From assembly GCF_037042905.1 (NCBI RefSeq), contig NC_087245.1, positions 30,382,001 to 30,446,000 of the forward strand: a stretch of DNA of 64,000 bases, in the 5' to 3' direction. The number at the start of each line of letters is the position of its first letter. Within the stretch, counting starts at the first letter, position 1. This document shows positions 1 through 15,274 of the stretch, piece by piece. The notes beneath the pieces were generated by a model. That model saw only the letters and a program-made list of their open reading frames with translations, had not been told where the DNA came from and did no database searches. Source of the DNA: Lytechinus pictus. Taxonomy: Eukaryota. Made by a program: the position numbers and the translations under genes.

Positions 1-979
1 TACAAAAACAAGTTTTTATTTGGGTTGGATTCCCCTTTAACCTTGATTATGTGTATCAGTATATACTATTGTTGAAAATATAGTATAATACTGTGAGGTG
101 AAATGAATGTAAAAAGTGAGAGTATATATAAAATAAATCTTATCAAATCAATAGTTGGCTGTTGAATCGTTATGTGCACGATTGGATTCAATACCTGGTA
201 CATGGAATCACACCAGCCATTTCACTCCGATGTTAAGTTTACACCAATAAATAACACCGAAATAGATAAATAAGTAAATGAATAAATTAATAAAAATATG
301 AACTAATAAATTAATAAATAAAATCAGAGAGGTCCGTTCGGCTTACCGTATTGCAGTCCGTCGATCATAAAATCACGCGCAAATTACGATCAGCTGTAAA
401 GGGCTTTGGAAAGTGTGATTGGAAATATTCATTGCTCCCTCGCTGCCAAATGAAGAGACAATCAATTACACTGGGTATATCAGGTCAACCGACTGTGAAT
501 AATCAAGTCTCTGCAATGAGTACCCCAAGCATGATAAATTGGAGAAGGGAGAATCAAGCCAGTGGCAAATATTACTGATTTTTTACAGTCCACGTGTTGG
601 ATCAATATTAATAAAAACATAGTAGAAAGTCTTCTGCTCATTCCAACATATACTGATCTGATCATGCTGATGTCCGCAAATTTTCGAAGATCCCATATAT
701 ACCGTCTTTATCAAGTGAGTGAGTCACTTGATAAAGACGGTATGGGATCGTGGAAAATGTGTGGACATCAAATCGAATAAAGTATGTTAGAATAGGTATG
801 AAAGTTTCTACCTTGTTTAAATAAAGAATCTTTTCTGTGTCGGTTCTGGTTGAAAATAATTATGAAAGACAAATGTGAATATAGATTAGTAAAAATTAAT
901 TTCGATTTTTCGGGTTTGGCCCTTTTATGTACACGGACGGATATAGTTATGTAACGGTATAGTTAACAAACTTATTTAA

Positions 980-1372
980 AGAGAAATGCCAGTAGTTGCA
1001 GTAAACACTGATTTCATGTGAAAGTCTGTAAACCAGGCTTAATTGTCAGTATATCATCGAGGATCTAGATCTGGTACAGTTACATAAACTGAACTTTGTG
1101 AAATCATAAAATCTAAGCTGAAATACGATCACACTGAAGATCGCCAACACAGATAGGCACACGTGGGACAGTGTATTATTATTGCTGGAATAAAGACCCG
1201 ACGGAAGTGACCGAATCCGCGCTTATTTTGCTTATTTCTCAGCAATTACACAATTTCTTCCAGAATCCTTTGGCACATATTTTTTATTCATACAAACAGA
1301 CACTTGGGTGGTCATTATATTAGATTCTGTAAAAATTCATTTTGAGATCGTTACCAGAACTGGAATTTACCT
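980..1372. mobile_element. TTAA-flanked MITE (Kolobok/piggyBac-like)
   Basis: ttaa|agagaaatgccagt ... actggaatttacct|ttaa; imperfect TIRs. Confidence 0.7.
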
Positions 1373-3159
1373 TTAAATAACATACACATTTAAATCGTGA
1401 AAAATCGTTAATACAATATATTATAGACCTACATTGTAGATTAAGTATCACATGATATGGAATTATGAAGGACGAAATGAATTGCGTTTCCGAACTTGAA
1501 AATGTAATTCATTGATTCAGTGAAAGGAAAAAGTAATAGAACTAAAGGATAAACCATCTCCCTCCTTGAAACATGTCGCATACCCCAGCTAGCCTCCATC
1601 TCCCCGCCTCCATCTTTCCTCTATAGCCTCCCACCATCTTAGAGGAAAAAAAATGAACGTTTAAGTTCTTGCCCATATACTGCATTGTGAAAACCGGGGT
1701 GTTAAAACTCTTAACAGTGGGTTCCCTAGAGGACCACTCCCTCAGGTGTTAGAGTCACCCCCACAAGGAATGGAGCGTTGCAAGAACATGCAAGCTATTA
1801 CAAGTCAAATTTGAGGTCCAAAAATCATGTTTTGAGGATAGTGGTCTGCTTTTTGAAACAAGAAGTTCAAATTGATTTTTTTTCCAGTTAATATTAATAT
1901 ATCAATTATTTGCAACAGAGATTTTCGATTGGTTGCAAATGATTATTGCAACACCCTATTAGTCTATTTTGCAAAGTCCAAACTGGAGATGGATATCGAA
2001 AAGGCCATCTGGAAAAGGAAGAGCAAGCTTCAGGGGGTTATCCTGGGCCAAGAAAAACCAATGAATCACCATCAACACTGAATTCATCCGGAAAATTAGG
2101 TAAGACAAGGGTCACATTTGCCCCTTCCCTCATTCTTTTTTTCCGTCTATTAGGTCTTTCATTCTTTGATAAACACAGCACAATCTGTGGTGTTGATTGG
2201 TGCACATGGTGCACTCCGGTCTTAAATTTACAGTGTTTGTTCAACACACATGGGTGCTATTGAAATAACCTTTGGTTGGTACTTCTACACTCTTTGGACT
2301 CTCTCGGGTGTAATTTAACACCTCGGGGTGTAGTCCTCTAGCGACATCAACTGATGTCAGTTTTAACACCCAGTTATTTTTTACGCCTAGCCCTTCAAAA
2401 ATAATTAGATTTTGAGCTAGAACCCCCACCTTCAAAAAACAAATAGTAATAAAATAAATACATGTAAATAAAAATCGACCCCACAGTGCATTAGTACCCA
2501 GCTACGCCACGCTTCTCCACTCTCGCTGTTTACATACTTGTTTGTCCGACTGACTGCATCATTCATCACCGACACAAAAATAGAAACGGTCAAATATAAC
2601 TGGACAGAGAAATTATGTCAGTTGATCCGTATGGATTACGCCATTCCTCACGTGGCCCCAATGGCCAAAGCCAGGTTCTTTTTGGTTTTAGAAACCAGTT
2701 GGAAAAGAAATATTCTTTTAGTTTGCTCCCATGCAAGGGAGGGGGGGGGGGCAGTCGTCAGAAGCCCTAAGATACTACTTTACATTTAGTTGTAAGGATA
2801 AATGCATATATAGATCAGGGTATAATAACTATGAGGAAAGGGTTTTCACTTTTATTTCGTTAATTTTAGGGGTTTTACACAATACACTTTCAGATTCCAT
2901 GCGTACATATAATGTAATCCATGTATTATTTTCATATTTTCTTTCGTCTTTTTCTGTAAATGGACGAACCAAATGTGTTTTTTTAGAATTCGAACCCCCT
3001 ATTGATCATAATTCCTTTTTCGTCTGGTACATCTTTTTACCAATATTGACTAAAATTACATGTACTCTTAGATCTGATTGTCCCAATTCGAACATGAAAT
3101 ACATAATAATCATAATAAAACATAATAAACATAATAATCCATTGTCCATAGCACAACTC

Positions 3160-3405
3160 ACAGTAAAAACTGTGGTGATAACCGGTGTACGTAGACCACC
3201 ACACCAGTCATTTTACTCCAGTGTTAAATTTGTGGTGTTAGTTTAACACACATGGGTGTTGGAGTGCTATTATAGGTGTTGTTACTTTAACACTCTTTGG
3301 TGTTATATTCAATCTCTAGGGTGTAATTATAACACCTCAGGGTGTGGTCCTCTATATACAGGGACATCAACTGGTGTCGGTTTTAACACCCCAGTTTTTA
3401 AAGTG
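3160..3405. mobile_element. CAC..GTG MITE with AACACC/GGTGTT subrepeats
   Basis: TIR cacagtaaaaactg / cagtttttaaagtg; related copies at ~1683-2385 and ~12018-12240 (reverse orientation). Confidence 0.65.
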
Positions 3406-6400
3406 CTTAAGCTCTGTCGTTATGTTATTTCATCATCATACTTCTAATCGTTTGGGTGCAGGTGTATCTACTTGAGTCGAAGAACATTTCCTAAATGCCA
3501 TGTTTAATTGAGAGCACGTCTTTTGTTGATTGATTACAAAACGCCTTTGCCCCACATCCTTCATGGAGTGACGAAAAATTTATGCAACAAACTAGGTCGC
3601 TCATAATTCGATTGTGCCAAATTAAAGTTCTGACATCGCTTTTTTTTAGCAGTGTATACTTTACAAACAGCTAATCATCAGCAATTTGTAGTTTTTAATT
3701 GGCTCGTCATTGTATGAGGTTCCCCATGTGGGAATTCACGGACGTGCTTACCGACCAATTTACTTATTGTTATATTATTAGTATAACTATACTACCATTA
3801 GTTATTTTGGTATTAAATGTATCTGAGTTAGGTAGTTATGTTAGCTACGTTTAGTAGGTTGCTTATTTAAGCTAGTCAAGTAATTATGGAAAGCGCTTAG
3901 AGATTTTTAGTAGACTCAATATTATTATCATTATTATTGTTGATGTTCTCATCATCATCGTCGTCGTCATAACCATCATTATCATTATTATTATTATTGA
4001 TATAGATTTATTAGGTAGAATTTTATGGACACATCATATTATTTTAATAAAAAAAAAGAAAATGTGAACAAAAAATATACACGAGAGTTTTCATTCCAAA
4101 ATAGTCAAGTGGCTCTAGATCTAGTAGAGTTATAGTGAGTCCGTAAAACGTATCATTCATTTTCTATACTGCATCTCTAAACAAAGACAATCACTAATTT
4201 CATGTTTTGATAAAAGACGAAAAATCCTAATTAACTTTGCATTTTCATTTATATCTATTAAAAGGACCACTCTCATGAATAATGCATTAATAGTCAATTT
4301 GTTATTCGTCTTAGTCAAGATATTTCAACCCTGGTAAATTCAGACCGGATATTCTCTTTCAGGAGTCTTTAATGAAATAATTTCCCAAGAAGTAATTCAC
4401 ACCTCCCTTGTTCCCCTTCAACATATTCCTCTTCATGTTCCCCTTATTATTACCCTTGTCTGTCTCTCAGCCCGTTTCCTCCAATGTTCTTGACATGATT
4501 TCACTATGAATGATGTGACATGACATTACTACTATGAGGCATCCCTATCCAAACGATATTTCAAATATATTTACCAGAACAGGAGCTATTAAAAAAAAAA
4601 TCCTTTATGAAAGGAAGTTGAAGGAAATTATACTTTCATTACTTTGTTCATTAAAGACACTGACTTTTTATGATATCGAGCGTGTAGGTGTCAAAGCATG
4701 TTCGAAATCCGTTGTGTGCATATATCATAAAACTTAAGAGCATAAGGGATGTTATATTCTATTAGAATTTTATAAAAGGCTTGAATCCAAGCTCATCTGC
4801 AAAATAATACAAATATCTTAAACTTTTTTAATGGATAAACACTGGGTTCCCCTCCTCTTGTGCGTTTCTGGAAAAAAAATGTTAGCGTCACTAGAGCTTT
4901 TTTGTTACATCCAATGTAGAAATAAATAATTTTCATCAGCTGGGGAAAAAAATCGGGTTGCACAATGAAGAGAATTATTCGAAAGTCAGGTTACTTTAGA
5001 CGTATGTGTAAGATTAGAGAGAATATTTCACGCTTTACATGAAATCAAATAGGCCTATAGTTCATGAAGTTAAATCTACCGAAAGTATGCGTACAATTCC
5101 CTTTAATTTCGAAATACGTTCTACAAGTCACTATTGTGTTTTTTTTTTATTTAATTGACACATGTTGTTAAGATTGTGCAAGATTATCTAATATGACAAA
5201 AAAACTATTTGACACTAAAAGCATGAAAGGTCACGTTTCTTTCATATCTTTTTCTCTCCCTCCTCTCCAGTTTTCCAAGGCTCTCATAAGAAGGGAGATT
5301 TCAGCCAAAAACAGCCCGGTGTGTCGACAATCATGAATATGATACCTTGTGTGAGGTTAATGAAAATTACATCTGCGACGCAGCAACGTATTATAACGTT
5401 TATTTATTTTTTTTTTATGTTTTTCTAATATGTGAAGAAAAGGAAAGTGAAGGCTACCACTGATGCTAGCCAAATTATCCAGGTGTAAGCTTTTAAAAAC
5501 ATGACGGAAGGGACAGGGGTAGGAAGATGCAGATAAGAATTGATTTACACATGCGCAGTCGGACTGAGCATGCGCAGACAGAATCTGCAGTCTTCTTTAC
5601 CTTCCCTCTTGTGAGTTCCTTATTCTCAGAAGATGGACAACTCATCACCACCCTCTCACCTGAAGGCGCTTGCTGACCATAATCATTTAATCGGCTCTTT
5701 TGTTTAGACCACTGTCCCTCCATTTCCAACAATTTCCGTGATAATTATCACACAGGATAACCAGAGGCAATCAAATTGCCCTCATAATTGAAAGAGGCTA
5801 TATCGTTTTCGGTACATGCTGTAATAAACTCCTGAAATGGCGAGTAATTGATTCTACCCCGGTGACAGAACAGAATTATGTCAGTGCTTTCTTCATGAAG
5901 GCAGTGATCTAATATTTCCAATTTCCCGTTTAAATGAAAGATGTGTATTGATGGTTTAGGGGCAAGGTGTTTAGAAAATATTTAATTTCGCGATGACGGT
6001 ACAGCGAATAAACTTTAAGACATGTGACTACGAGGTCATCGTATTTCGACGAAAACACATTGACTCATTATCATTGGTAGGCCTATAAATAATGCTTACA
6101 TTGAAGAGAGAAGCAGGGATGGTATGGTTGTGATAATATTTGGCTTTTTACGTCTCTGTTCCCCTTGAGTTTATTTTACACTATACACTATTTGCAAACA
6201 AAATGAACTTTATGGCTACAAAATATATGAAGACATTTAAATCATTATCCCTATAAATGACATAGGAATGAAACGGAGAAAGTATTTATGCTTACGATTA
6301 TCATATTTTTTTTTTATGTGTGTCACTCAATCGCTATATTTTGTAAAGTGCATTTTCATTTTTATTTCATCATTACAACATGTAGAAAATTACTAATTCT

Positions 6401-9400
6401 GAGAAAGATACTTATTACTTTGAATCATTACCAAGACCGTAGACGTCGAAATCCACTCACTGACATTTGCAGAGCCCTCTGAGTCTATACCTAGTCATTA
6501 TATTCTCGTTTGTACATCACGCCAGACGGCAAATGAGCCGACCTTAATAATACCTGTCTGGAAATATATATACAGCTTGCTCGCTGTCAATATTGATCTT
6601 CAGAATATATTTCTCATTTAGTCTACCTGCATCCATTAGTATTAAATGTATCACGGAGTTACAGTTTTCTTTGTTGGCCAGTATTGAAACCAAGCATACG
6701 GTATATTTTATACCTCTAATATGAATGACATTAAGTTATCATGCCGACCATTGGCGTAACCGGATTTTCAACAGGAGTGGGGGAGCAAGTCGAGTGAGCG
6801 AATCAACCGACCCGCTAGAGAGTGTGTAAGGGGGTAGCTGTACCGTAAAGAGTTAAATAAAATATTGGAAAATGAGTATTGAAGTTCAACATTCTATATA
6901 CAGTTTGGGTCGATGTGAGGATCATGAAAATATGAACCATGTTGAAATAACAACTCCAAAGAACATGCGAGGTAGCGTAGCGATCGGATGAAATAACTCA
7001 ATAGTTGTTAATTGATATCGCATGTGAAACTTGAAATTTTAATGTCGAACATAATACACTAAGATTTTCCAATGAAGGGACGCCCATGAGAGCCTCAAAT
7101 CAAAACAATACAATAGATAAGGCCGTGAATGAATAACGTGCTCGCAGTTTGATTAATATTCACACTTATTGATTTTTTTCACAATATGAGATGACTTATT
7201 TCCGGTGTGAACAATACTGCGAAGGTGTTGATAATCATGCCAATCTCCACGTATTAAAATTGATCATTGTAATATTTCTTAACCAAATCTTTATTTTGAA
7301 TGAGAGAAAGTTCACCTTGTGAGATGCACTGTGGGGATATTGACAAAATAAAGTAACTTCACACTGTTAAGTTTGAGCGTTGAATTATTTCAAATCACAT
7401 ATTTACAGATCTGACGATGTGAACACACTAACAAGAATAATGTGAACATGTTACAAGAAATCGTACTATTTCTCATTGGGATATTGCGCATGTGTAACAG
7501 TTAACTCCATGTGTATTTGTAGTACACTCTTTGATTTTTGACAATGATCCAGTCATTGTCTCAGTACATTTCACTTCATTGAGCACCCTGGCATACCGCC
7601 AACCATTATTTTGCTTTATTGGTACATTCCCCGTAGCCCCTAGCTCACTTGTGTAATAACATTTTACCTTGAGGAATTCTGTTTCGTGCCTCACTGCCTT
7701 TTGTAATAACGCTACGACAATCATACACTGTATTGATCATATTCAAACCCTTGTATCTTTTTACCGGGGCAGGTAGATGCTATTAAGAATTACGACTTAG
7801 TACTTTTTTTAATCGTCTTTCTTTTTATGTTTTTATTTCAACATTGTTATCAGCATGCCAATCTACAGTAAACATTGCAATTCTGGATTTATAATAAAAC
7901 ATAGATATAAAAATAGCAAAACCGTAAGGGATAAACCCCTAAATTGATAACTCAAAATGTATATTATAATTAACACATTAGCAATTGTGATTTTCCTCAA
8001 ATGTAATATATACTTATATAAGCTGTATAAATAGCAGAATAATAACTTCTCCAGTGTACGAAATTTAAATAAAAATAAATGATAATGAATTGTGATAAAT
8101 TTATTGCGCACTGTCTGATTATCATACATTAGTCACAATTTCCAATCCTTTTAAATACCACTTTCTTATTGTGAGAAGGAAACTAGGCCACATTCGGTCA
8201 CTGTGCTCTATCCTACCCATGCCTACAGCTGCTGATATTCTTGCTAACACATGTGAATTATACGTTATATAAGTACATGTAAAACAGTTATAGAAGTACT
8301 TATATGGACATCAAAGTCGAAAGAAAAATATTCTTGAAACAATCACAATCCGCACTATTTGTTGTCAGAGCTTAATCCCAAATTGTCGATCGAATTCATA
8401 ATCTCAATTGCCAAAATGAATGTAACAGTTAAACATTTACAATCATGGTAAGTGCTGACATGGTGAATGGCTTTCAAATGTCTTCTTGAATGATATGTGG
8501 TTTACCGCCCTTTCACACGGTAAACAAATCGTAATTTGAAAGATCATTCCAGTGAAAAATAAGGCTAATGACGAATTTTTATCATGGAGGTACTGACAAT
8601 TAGTTCTAAATTATAGAAAAGTGTTCATGCATGTTAGCATACTTGGTAAGATGATACCAAATACTTTGTAAATTTTACGCAATGTTCTGCTGAAATTCAT
8701 CTTTTAAACTATAGCATTTTACCCAATAGGAGGGGGGGAATACGCAGAAAACATGCTTGTTACCTCTTTACCCAATATTGGGCAAATTTTGACTCAATCT
8801 TTTTTAGAGTGTAATTTCTTAAGATTTTCATGAATAAAAATATAAGCAGAATCAAATTCTGATTACTTATGTTCCTTCTGTGCAATTTCTTACCCCAAAA
8901 TGGAACGCCTTAATACTCTAATTATGGGTAGATTAATGTAACTTGAAAATGGTAAACGAATATAACGGGAAAACGGGGTCTAATAAAGGGGCCTTCAAGG
9001 AGGGGTGTTGGTAGGGTCTAAAATGATCGATGGTAATCGAAATGGATGCACACCAGGTGCAAACGAGATCTAAAATGGTGTTTCAGACCTGTATAGATCG
9101 GATGAGAAGGGATTTTGTTCTAAAAACGTTACTGGAGGGGTCCAGAAGGAGTAGAGAGGAATCCACAAGGCTGCAGACTGGATCTAAAGGGGTATGTGGG
9201 GATCAACAGGGGGTACAGACGAGAACATGAAGCGGAAAGACGGGAGCATATCCGTGCTCATACCATGCCTGTAAATAGGGGAACCGTTGAAAGCCAATAC
9301 ATGTCCTCAGTTCTACAGAAAATGAGCCTTGCGACTGAAAAACTCACCCCACCCCCATTTTAGAATGGATGTATGTCACTTCTCAACCCGCCATTACTCT

Positions 9401-11599
9401 ATAGTCCATAGAATAGAATATTGACATTAAAGGTACGGGTAAACATTGATTTGACTTACTGTACACTAAATTTGTCACAGCAATCTCCCCTAAGATTTAA
9501 TAAATTATGTTTTTTAAGCCACAGATATGTTGAAAGTGTCCGTACGAATTTGATTTTTTTTGGTTTCTCATCAGTTTTTTCGTAATATGATCAATATCAA
9601 ATACAACATGAATCAAATTTCAATATTTCTCATTATAAGACGTATAAGATGTTAGCTTATGCTTTAAGTAGCGAGTAAAAGAAACTTGTAGCCCAGGCAG
9701 GTGATAGACAAGGCTAGAAACAAGTCATTGACCACCTACCAATGTCTTTATATACCGTCCATGCAATCAACGGATTCAGACAATACATCCAATTAACTCG
9801 ATTAAGGTCATATTAATTACCAGAGCGTGATAATTATTCCAATCTTTAACCTCCCTCCATCATGCCCCATTCTGCTATCGAGTCTTCATTAACAGTAGCC
9901 TTAAAGGGGACATTTTCACTGACGACAAGTTTAGGGGAAGGTTTACCCTGATGATAAGTTGGTTTTCGTGAAAGCAGAAAGAAAAAAATGTTGGTGAAAA
10001 TCTTTTAAAGAATAGGCCTAACGAGGTCATAACGAAGTCATCATCTTAAGGTTTCGGTTTTGTGACGTCATTATGTGAGTAGTTCCCCATATATCATGAA
10101 ATTTTAATTCCATATATTCCATTTTTTAATGGAACGTGATGAATAAAAATATCATAATTATAGAAGGGGTCTGATGGTGTATTCATCGCGCAATAACTGA
10201 TTCACTGTCATTTCCCAATTATTGTTTTATTTTGTTACACGGATTGTATTTTCTGCATTATGTCCGCCATTAATTAATCATCGTGATCCATAAAATGGAT
10301 TAATGATTCTCAATCATGGGCTATGGGTCGCTTTAAGGTTCTTCCAAGGACAAATTAATGTTGCAGTTTTGAATTATGTAACATCTTTATTGATTTCCGA
10401 TCAGGACGTGGTTGCGTGTGTGTGCATGGCAATGAGGGTATGTAATACGGAGATGGGGTGGTTGTGTTCAGGGGAGATAGTGTGGGTGTGTGTATCTGTG
10501 TGTGAAGGTTTGTAGATGAGGGTATGTGCATGGAGCTGTATGTGTGTTGGGATTACCATGTTCAGTATACGTTTCATAGGGATATATAGGCTCTTGGGGG
10601 GTGCTTCAGCACTCCCAGCACCGTCCCTGCTTCCCAGGGCCATGCCTCATGCATCGTATAAATGACATGATGATGAAACTGGGTTGTCCTGGCTACAAGT
10701 TGACCACTAAAATAATGTCTCCTCTTCTCAGTCATATTATAATGGTACAGAAATCATATATAATCTATATAAAACTGAAATAGGCTGATTTAATTGTGAT
10801 TAGTGTAGAAGTTTCATTTGTTGTAAACTTTTTTTTTAGAAAGCGCATTTGCAAATATAAAAATCAGAATCAATTTTAGTTCTCGCCTTATGAAGCGCAC
10901 ATTGTTTCTTTAAGAAGACTACGCGGATGTTTGTCATGATTGTTCTATTTATCTTTAGGGGAAACCTCACAAGATTCATCCCATGGGTGAAAGCACGCAT
11001 GGCTGTAGTTATTTTTGCACTTTTGTTTCTCTAAAATAGAGAGAAAGTGTATCTTGGCCATTTAAAGGGGGGGGGGGGGAGGTAGCGAGCTGACCAACAC
11101 AGTATGTTGTCTTAAAATATAACTTTTGAGATAAAAAGTATGAGTAATACAGAAGATAAATTGACTTATAGTTTTATTTGTGTAGAAAAATATTTTGTTT
11201 GTAAGGAAAGGTACTTGTTTTGCTATTTGGCAACATAATTATTGCCATATGAATATATTGAGTATTAAATTATAGCGTGCTATCATTCATATGGGCCTAT
11301 ATTACAAGACTACATTGCTAAGAATGTTGCATTATGGGTAACAAACCTGGTCAGATATGATGAATTGAGGATTTGAGGTGGGGCTATTAAGGTTGCTGGT
11401 TCGTATGCCCTTTATGATATCTCATTAACAAAAAATAGTCAAAGAACTTTGTACACGACTCTAATTAAAAAGTATTTTGATAGTTTTTCTTTTGCAGTGC
11501 TATCAAAACAACAACGACAACAACTTAGATAATAACTTATAAAAAGCCACTCCCTGCTGTAATCCCAACCCGCAGCGGCGAGCCGCCCTCTCCGATAGT

Positions 11600-11862
11600 G
11601 CTGCCCCTCGCTACGCCATTGTGTAAGCGTTACGCCTACTATAGTATCATGACCCTATATCAGCCGACTTGAGAGGCCAAAATCTGTGGAAACAAACATG
11701 TCCCACAAAGCATTCCCTGCTACACCCCGCACCCCTGTTCACAGTGTTGCCCATCGCTACCCCAGTGTATGTCTGTTACGCCTACGGACACTATCATGTC
11801 ACCCTATATCAGCCGACTTGAGAGGCTAAACAAGGCCAAAACCTGGAGAAACAAACATGTGT
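11600..11862. repeat. Imperfect direct repeat, period ~150 bp
   Basis: gttacgcctac..accctatatcagccgacttgagagg..gaaacaaacatgt occurs twice. Confidence 0.7.
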
Positions 11863-14800
11863 CATTGTAGGATCTCACTCAACCAATAATCCTTCACCAT
11901 CTTTGTCATAAAAAGGCCATGCCTGATGGCATGAAGATGATAGGCCTTAGAATTTAATCAGACCATCCCTGCTGATTGCTGAAGAGAAAGGAGTCCCATG
12001 GTACACCACACTGTTCACCAGCTTAAAAAACATGGGTTTTTAAAACCGACACCAGTTGGTGAAAGAAGAAGACCACGCCCTGAGGTGTTAAAATTACACC
12101 TTTGTGTTTGAACATAACACCAGAAAGTTTTAGTGTAAACAACTAAAGGGGTTATAATAACACGTATGGGTGTTTATACCTAACACTGTAAATTTAACAA
12201 CGAACTAAAGTGACTGGTGTGGTCTTTTATCTACACTGTTGACACAAGTTGACACAGATTTCGCTGAGGCACAGTGTGAAACCATCCATACACTAATGAA
12301 TTCAAACCTTTTAACATTGTCTCGTATTTATAAATTGTGGGACAATAATAGTCCACACTGTGTGGAATCGAAGATAGATGCACACACTGTGGAAATTAAA
12401 CTACACTGTCGAGTTGCCCACAGTGTAAAATGGTCTCCGCATTGCCCAATGCAAGTATTCTGATATTGCGAGACACAATTTTGATAAGTATACAATTCAA
12501 GGATCATGCTAAAGATAGTTTATCTGAACTTATTATTCTGCTCAAAGATAATCTGCTACATAAGAGCAGATAAGTGATGTAGAAAGGCATACATTTGAGA
12601 TGCCGACAGTGTGAAAAAAATTATCCTTTTCGCACGGCCAACTATTTGAACACTCTTTGAAAACACACTGTGGGTTATTTTTCTTTACAACGTGTATAAT
12701 CATGATAACAGTGAGTTTTTTCATATGTATCGAATCTATACGCTCTACTGAGACAGGCTTTAATTAAGTGATTCGATTTATTTTACTCCATCTTCCATAA
12801 ACACTTGGTGGTGAAAGTGTTATTTTGTAAGTACGGTAGGAACCTCGTTTATTTCTTATCATTTGAACTTGGTATACGTGTAATAATAGCACGGCGCCAT
12901 GTCAGGGCTGCACTTACACTGTCGCAGTCACAATCATGATTTTTTTTCTACGACTGAAGCCTGGAAGATGACTATATCGCATGAGAGATACAGATATGGA
13001 ATTCGACAGTAATTCCATATCAATATTCTATTTATGTTATTTTGACGAGCAGTGACGGATTGACCCGAATCGCAATGCAGACGTGTCTTAATTAAGTCTG
13101 TGCACGCGTAACTGTATGACAACTTTAAGGATGCTAGTGGCGTCTCTCTTGTGGAAGATAGATGACTGTTTTAACACGAATTTAGAATCATTAATTGATA
13201 TAAAGTATTATAAGGAAAGAAAGAAAGAGATCGTTTTCCGTTCGTCAGTTGAGTTTTCATGGATTGCACATTTCAAGTTTTTTTGTTGAAGATCGCGGGG
13301 TTTCAACCAGCCGAAGAAAAGTAAACCATAAGAAAAAATATAATGAAAATGAAATAATAGCAGCACAATAATTAATAAATCCAATGACTTTTCCATTTTA
13401 AAACATCTCATTTTCCTGCATGTGAAATATCATGTCGCTAGGCAATTGCTTCATATCCTAATTCATGAAAAGGTTCCCTCGTAGCAAAAGGTATGATATT
13501 GGATCAATCAAAATGTTGTCAATCATGCCATCTCATTCAATCACAAGTCAGAATAAAGATATATATTTATATCATTAACTATTACGAAAGCTTACTTTTC
13601 TACGGTCATTATTGATCATATTTTCGCTTGCTTATCTCAATTCAACGAAATGAACTCACCAACATTATTTTTCTCTTTTCTGAAGCTATTACTACTATAA
13701 TTTTTAATGTTATTCTATTATAATTATTATTGTTATTATCATGCTGTGTTGATTATATTTAGAGGTTATTATTGAATTTACATATCACTAAAGTAGCCCC
13801 AAACTCAATCTTCCCTTGATGGCCTGTCTACCTGTTGTGTGTAAACCGTCCACATATGCAGACACTATCATGTTTGTCTGTCATGCTGTATCTGATAACA
13901 GGAGAGTACGAGAATTCGGTACCGCTCATAGGCCTATTCATAAGACCCTAGGGGCTAGGGTGATATCATGTGATATATAGCTGACAATATACCTTCGCAA
14001 CGCCGTCTCGAAACGAGTCTGTCAAGCTTCTGGATTTCAGAGTGATTCCCAAAGGCATGTCGATTGATTTCCTGATTCCTGTGTCCTATAAATTAATTCT
14101 TATGTCCCGCAAAGTCGACCTGAACAGATTGTCTTTATTTCGATCTCTTTTGATATCGCGATGTCTTAAGATAGAAAAAACAACTTAACATCTTCTGAAG
14201 AAGAGAGTTCAACAGTTATTGCATGAGGAAGAAAATAAATTGCGTTTTCTTATTGCTTTCCTCAGGATATCAGAATCGCCATCATGGCAGCAGGGGCGGG
14301 GGGGGGGGGGGACAGTTACTCCCCAGAAATTTTTGAAACTGACATTTTAAATGAAAACTTTCACTAAAATCACCAAAGATGTGCACGGAATCCTTCAATT
14401 TCACTTTGGAAAAATCAAGCCTCCCCCATGACATGCTCATACCTTCAAGACTATCCCTGATAAGTCCTTAAATGCATTTATAAAAGATTACCCGACTGCT
14501 GACAGAATCGCATCATTGCTCTCCTGGCCTCCCATTTTTAACGCCTTTTACTGACCAGACCTTGTGTGGTCTTAATATGGGCATGTTAGTTAAATGACTT
14601 GGCAGAAAATGAAACACGCTTACACCTTAATATCACATCACTTTTTTCAAAACCCACCTAAAAAAATTTCCGGCGGCCAGGGCCAACTAAATTGACACTT
14701 CGGAAATTGCTATTCGTGTAAAGAGCATCTGTGATCGGCGTTAGATGAAAGAATCGCGATACGTCGCCATGGCAACAAAGATTGGGGAATCCTGTCTGGT

Positions 14801-15004
14801 CATAATATGAAGGAGAAGAGCTGAAGAGTGATAATTATAGCGTTATCTTTTCTGAATTATTCTTGTCATTACTCAACATGAGGTCATGAAAGCCACTGTT
14901 TGTTATGACGTGCATGACTCGTAATCATAACTTGTAATCATAATTGGTACAATGTAGATAATATTCTTGGACCATTGGAAGATTGCCATCATATTCCATT
15001 ATAC

Positions 15005-15274
15005 CCCTGCTGGAAAGAATAGTGTGTCACACAGTTTGAGCACAGTGTGGTCACATAGCGGACTATGTGAAAATACCATTCACACTGTTTTCAAATTGTA
15101 GACACCTCGACAGTGTTGACTGTTCACAGCTTGTTCACATGGTCGACTATGTGAATATAATTATGAGTCACACTGCTAAAATGCTCAACAATGTGTAGGT
15201 GATATCATATTGTGTGCCACACTGTGAACACATACAGGCATACAGTGTCTGACACTGTGTTCCTTCCAGTAGGG
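15005..15274. mobile_element. CCC..GGG MITE with 2-bp TSD (CACTA/EnSpm-like)
   Basis: ac|ccctgctggaaagaa ... ttccttccagtaggg|ac; internal cacactgt/acagtgtg repeats. Confidence 0.7.

Noticed and set aside
7668..7727. Possible 60-nt phase 1-1 minus-strand exon (YDCRSVITKGSEARNRIPQ) for the signal-peptide gene
   Set aside because: Acceptor lacks a pyrimidine tract, donor (gtaaaa) is weak, and there is no recognisable domain; needs RNA-seq.
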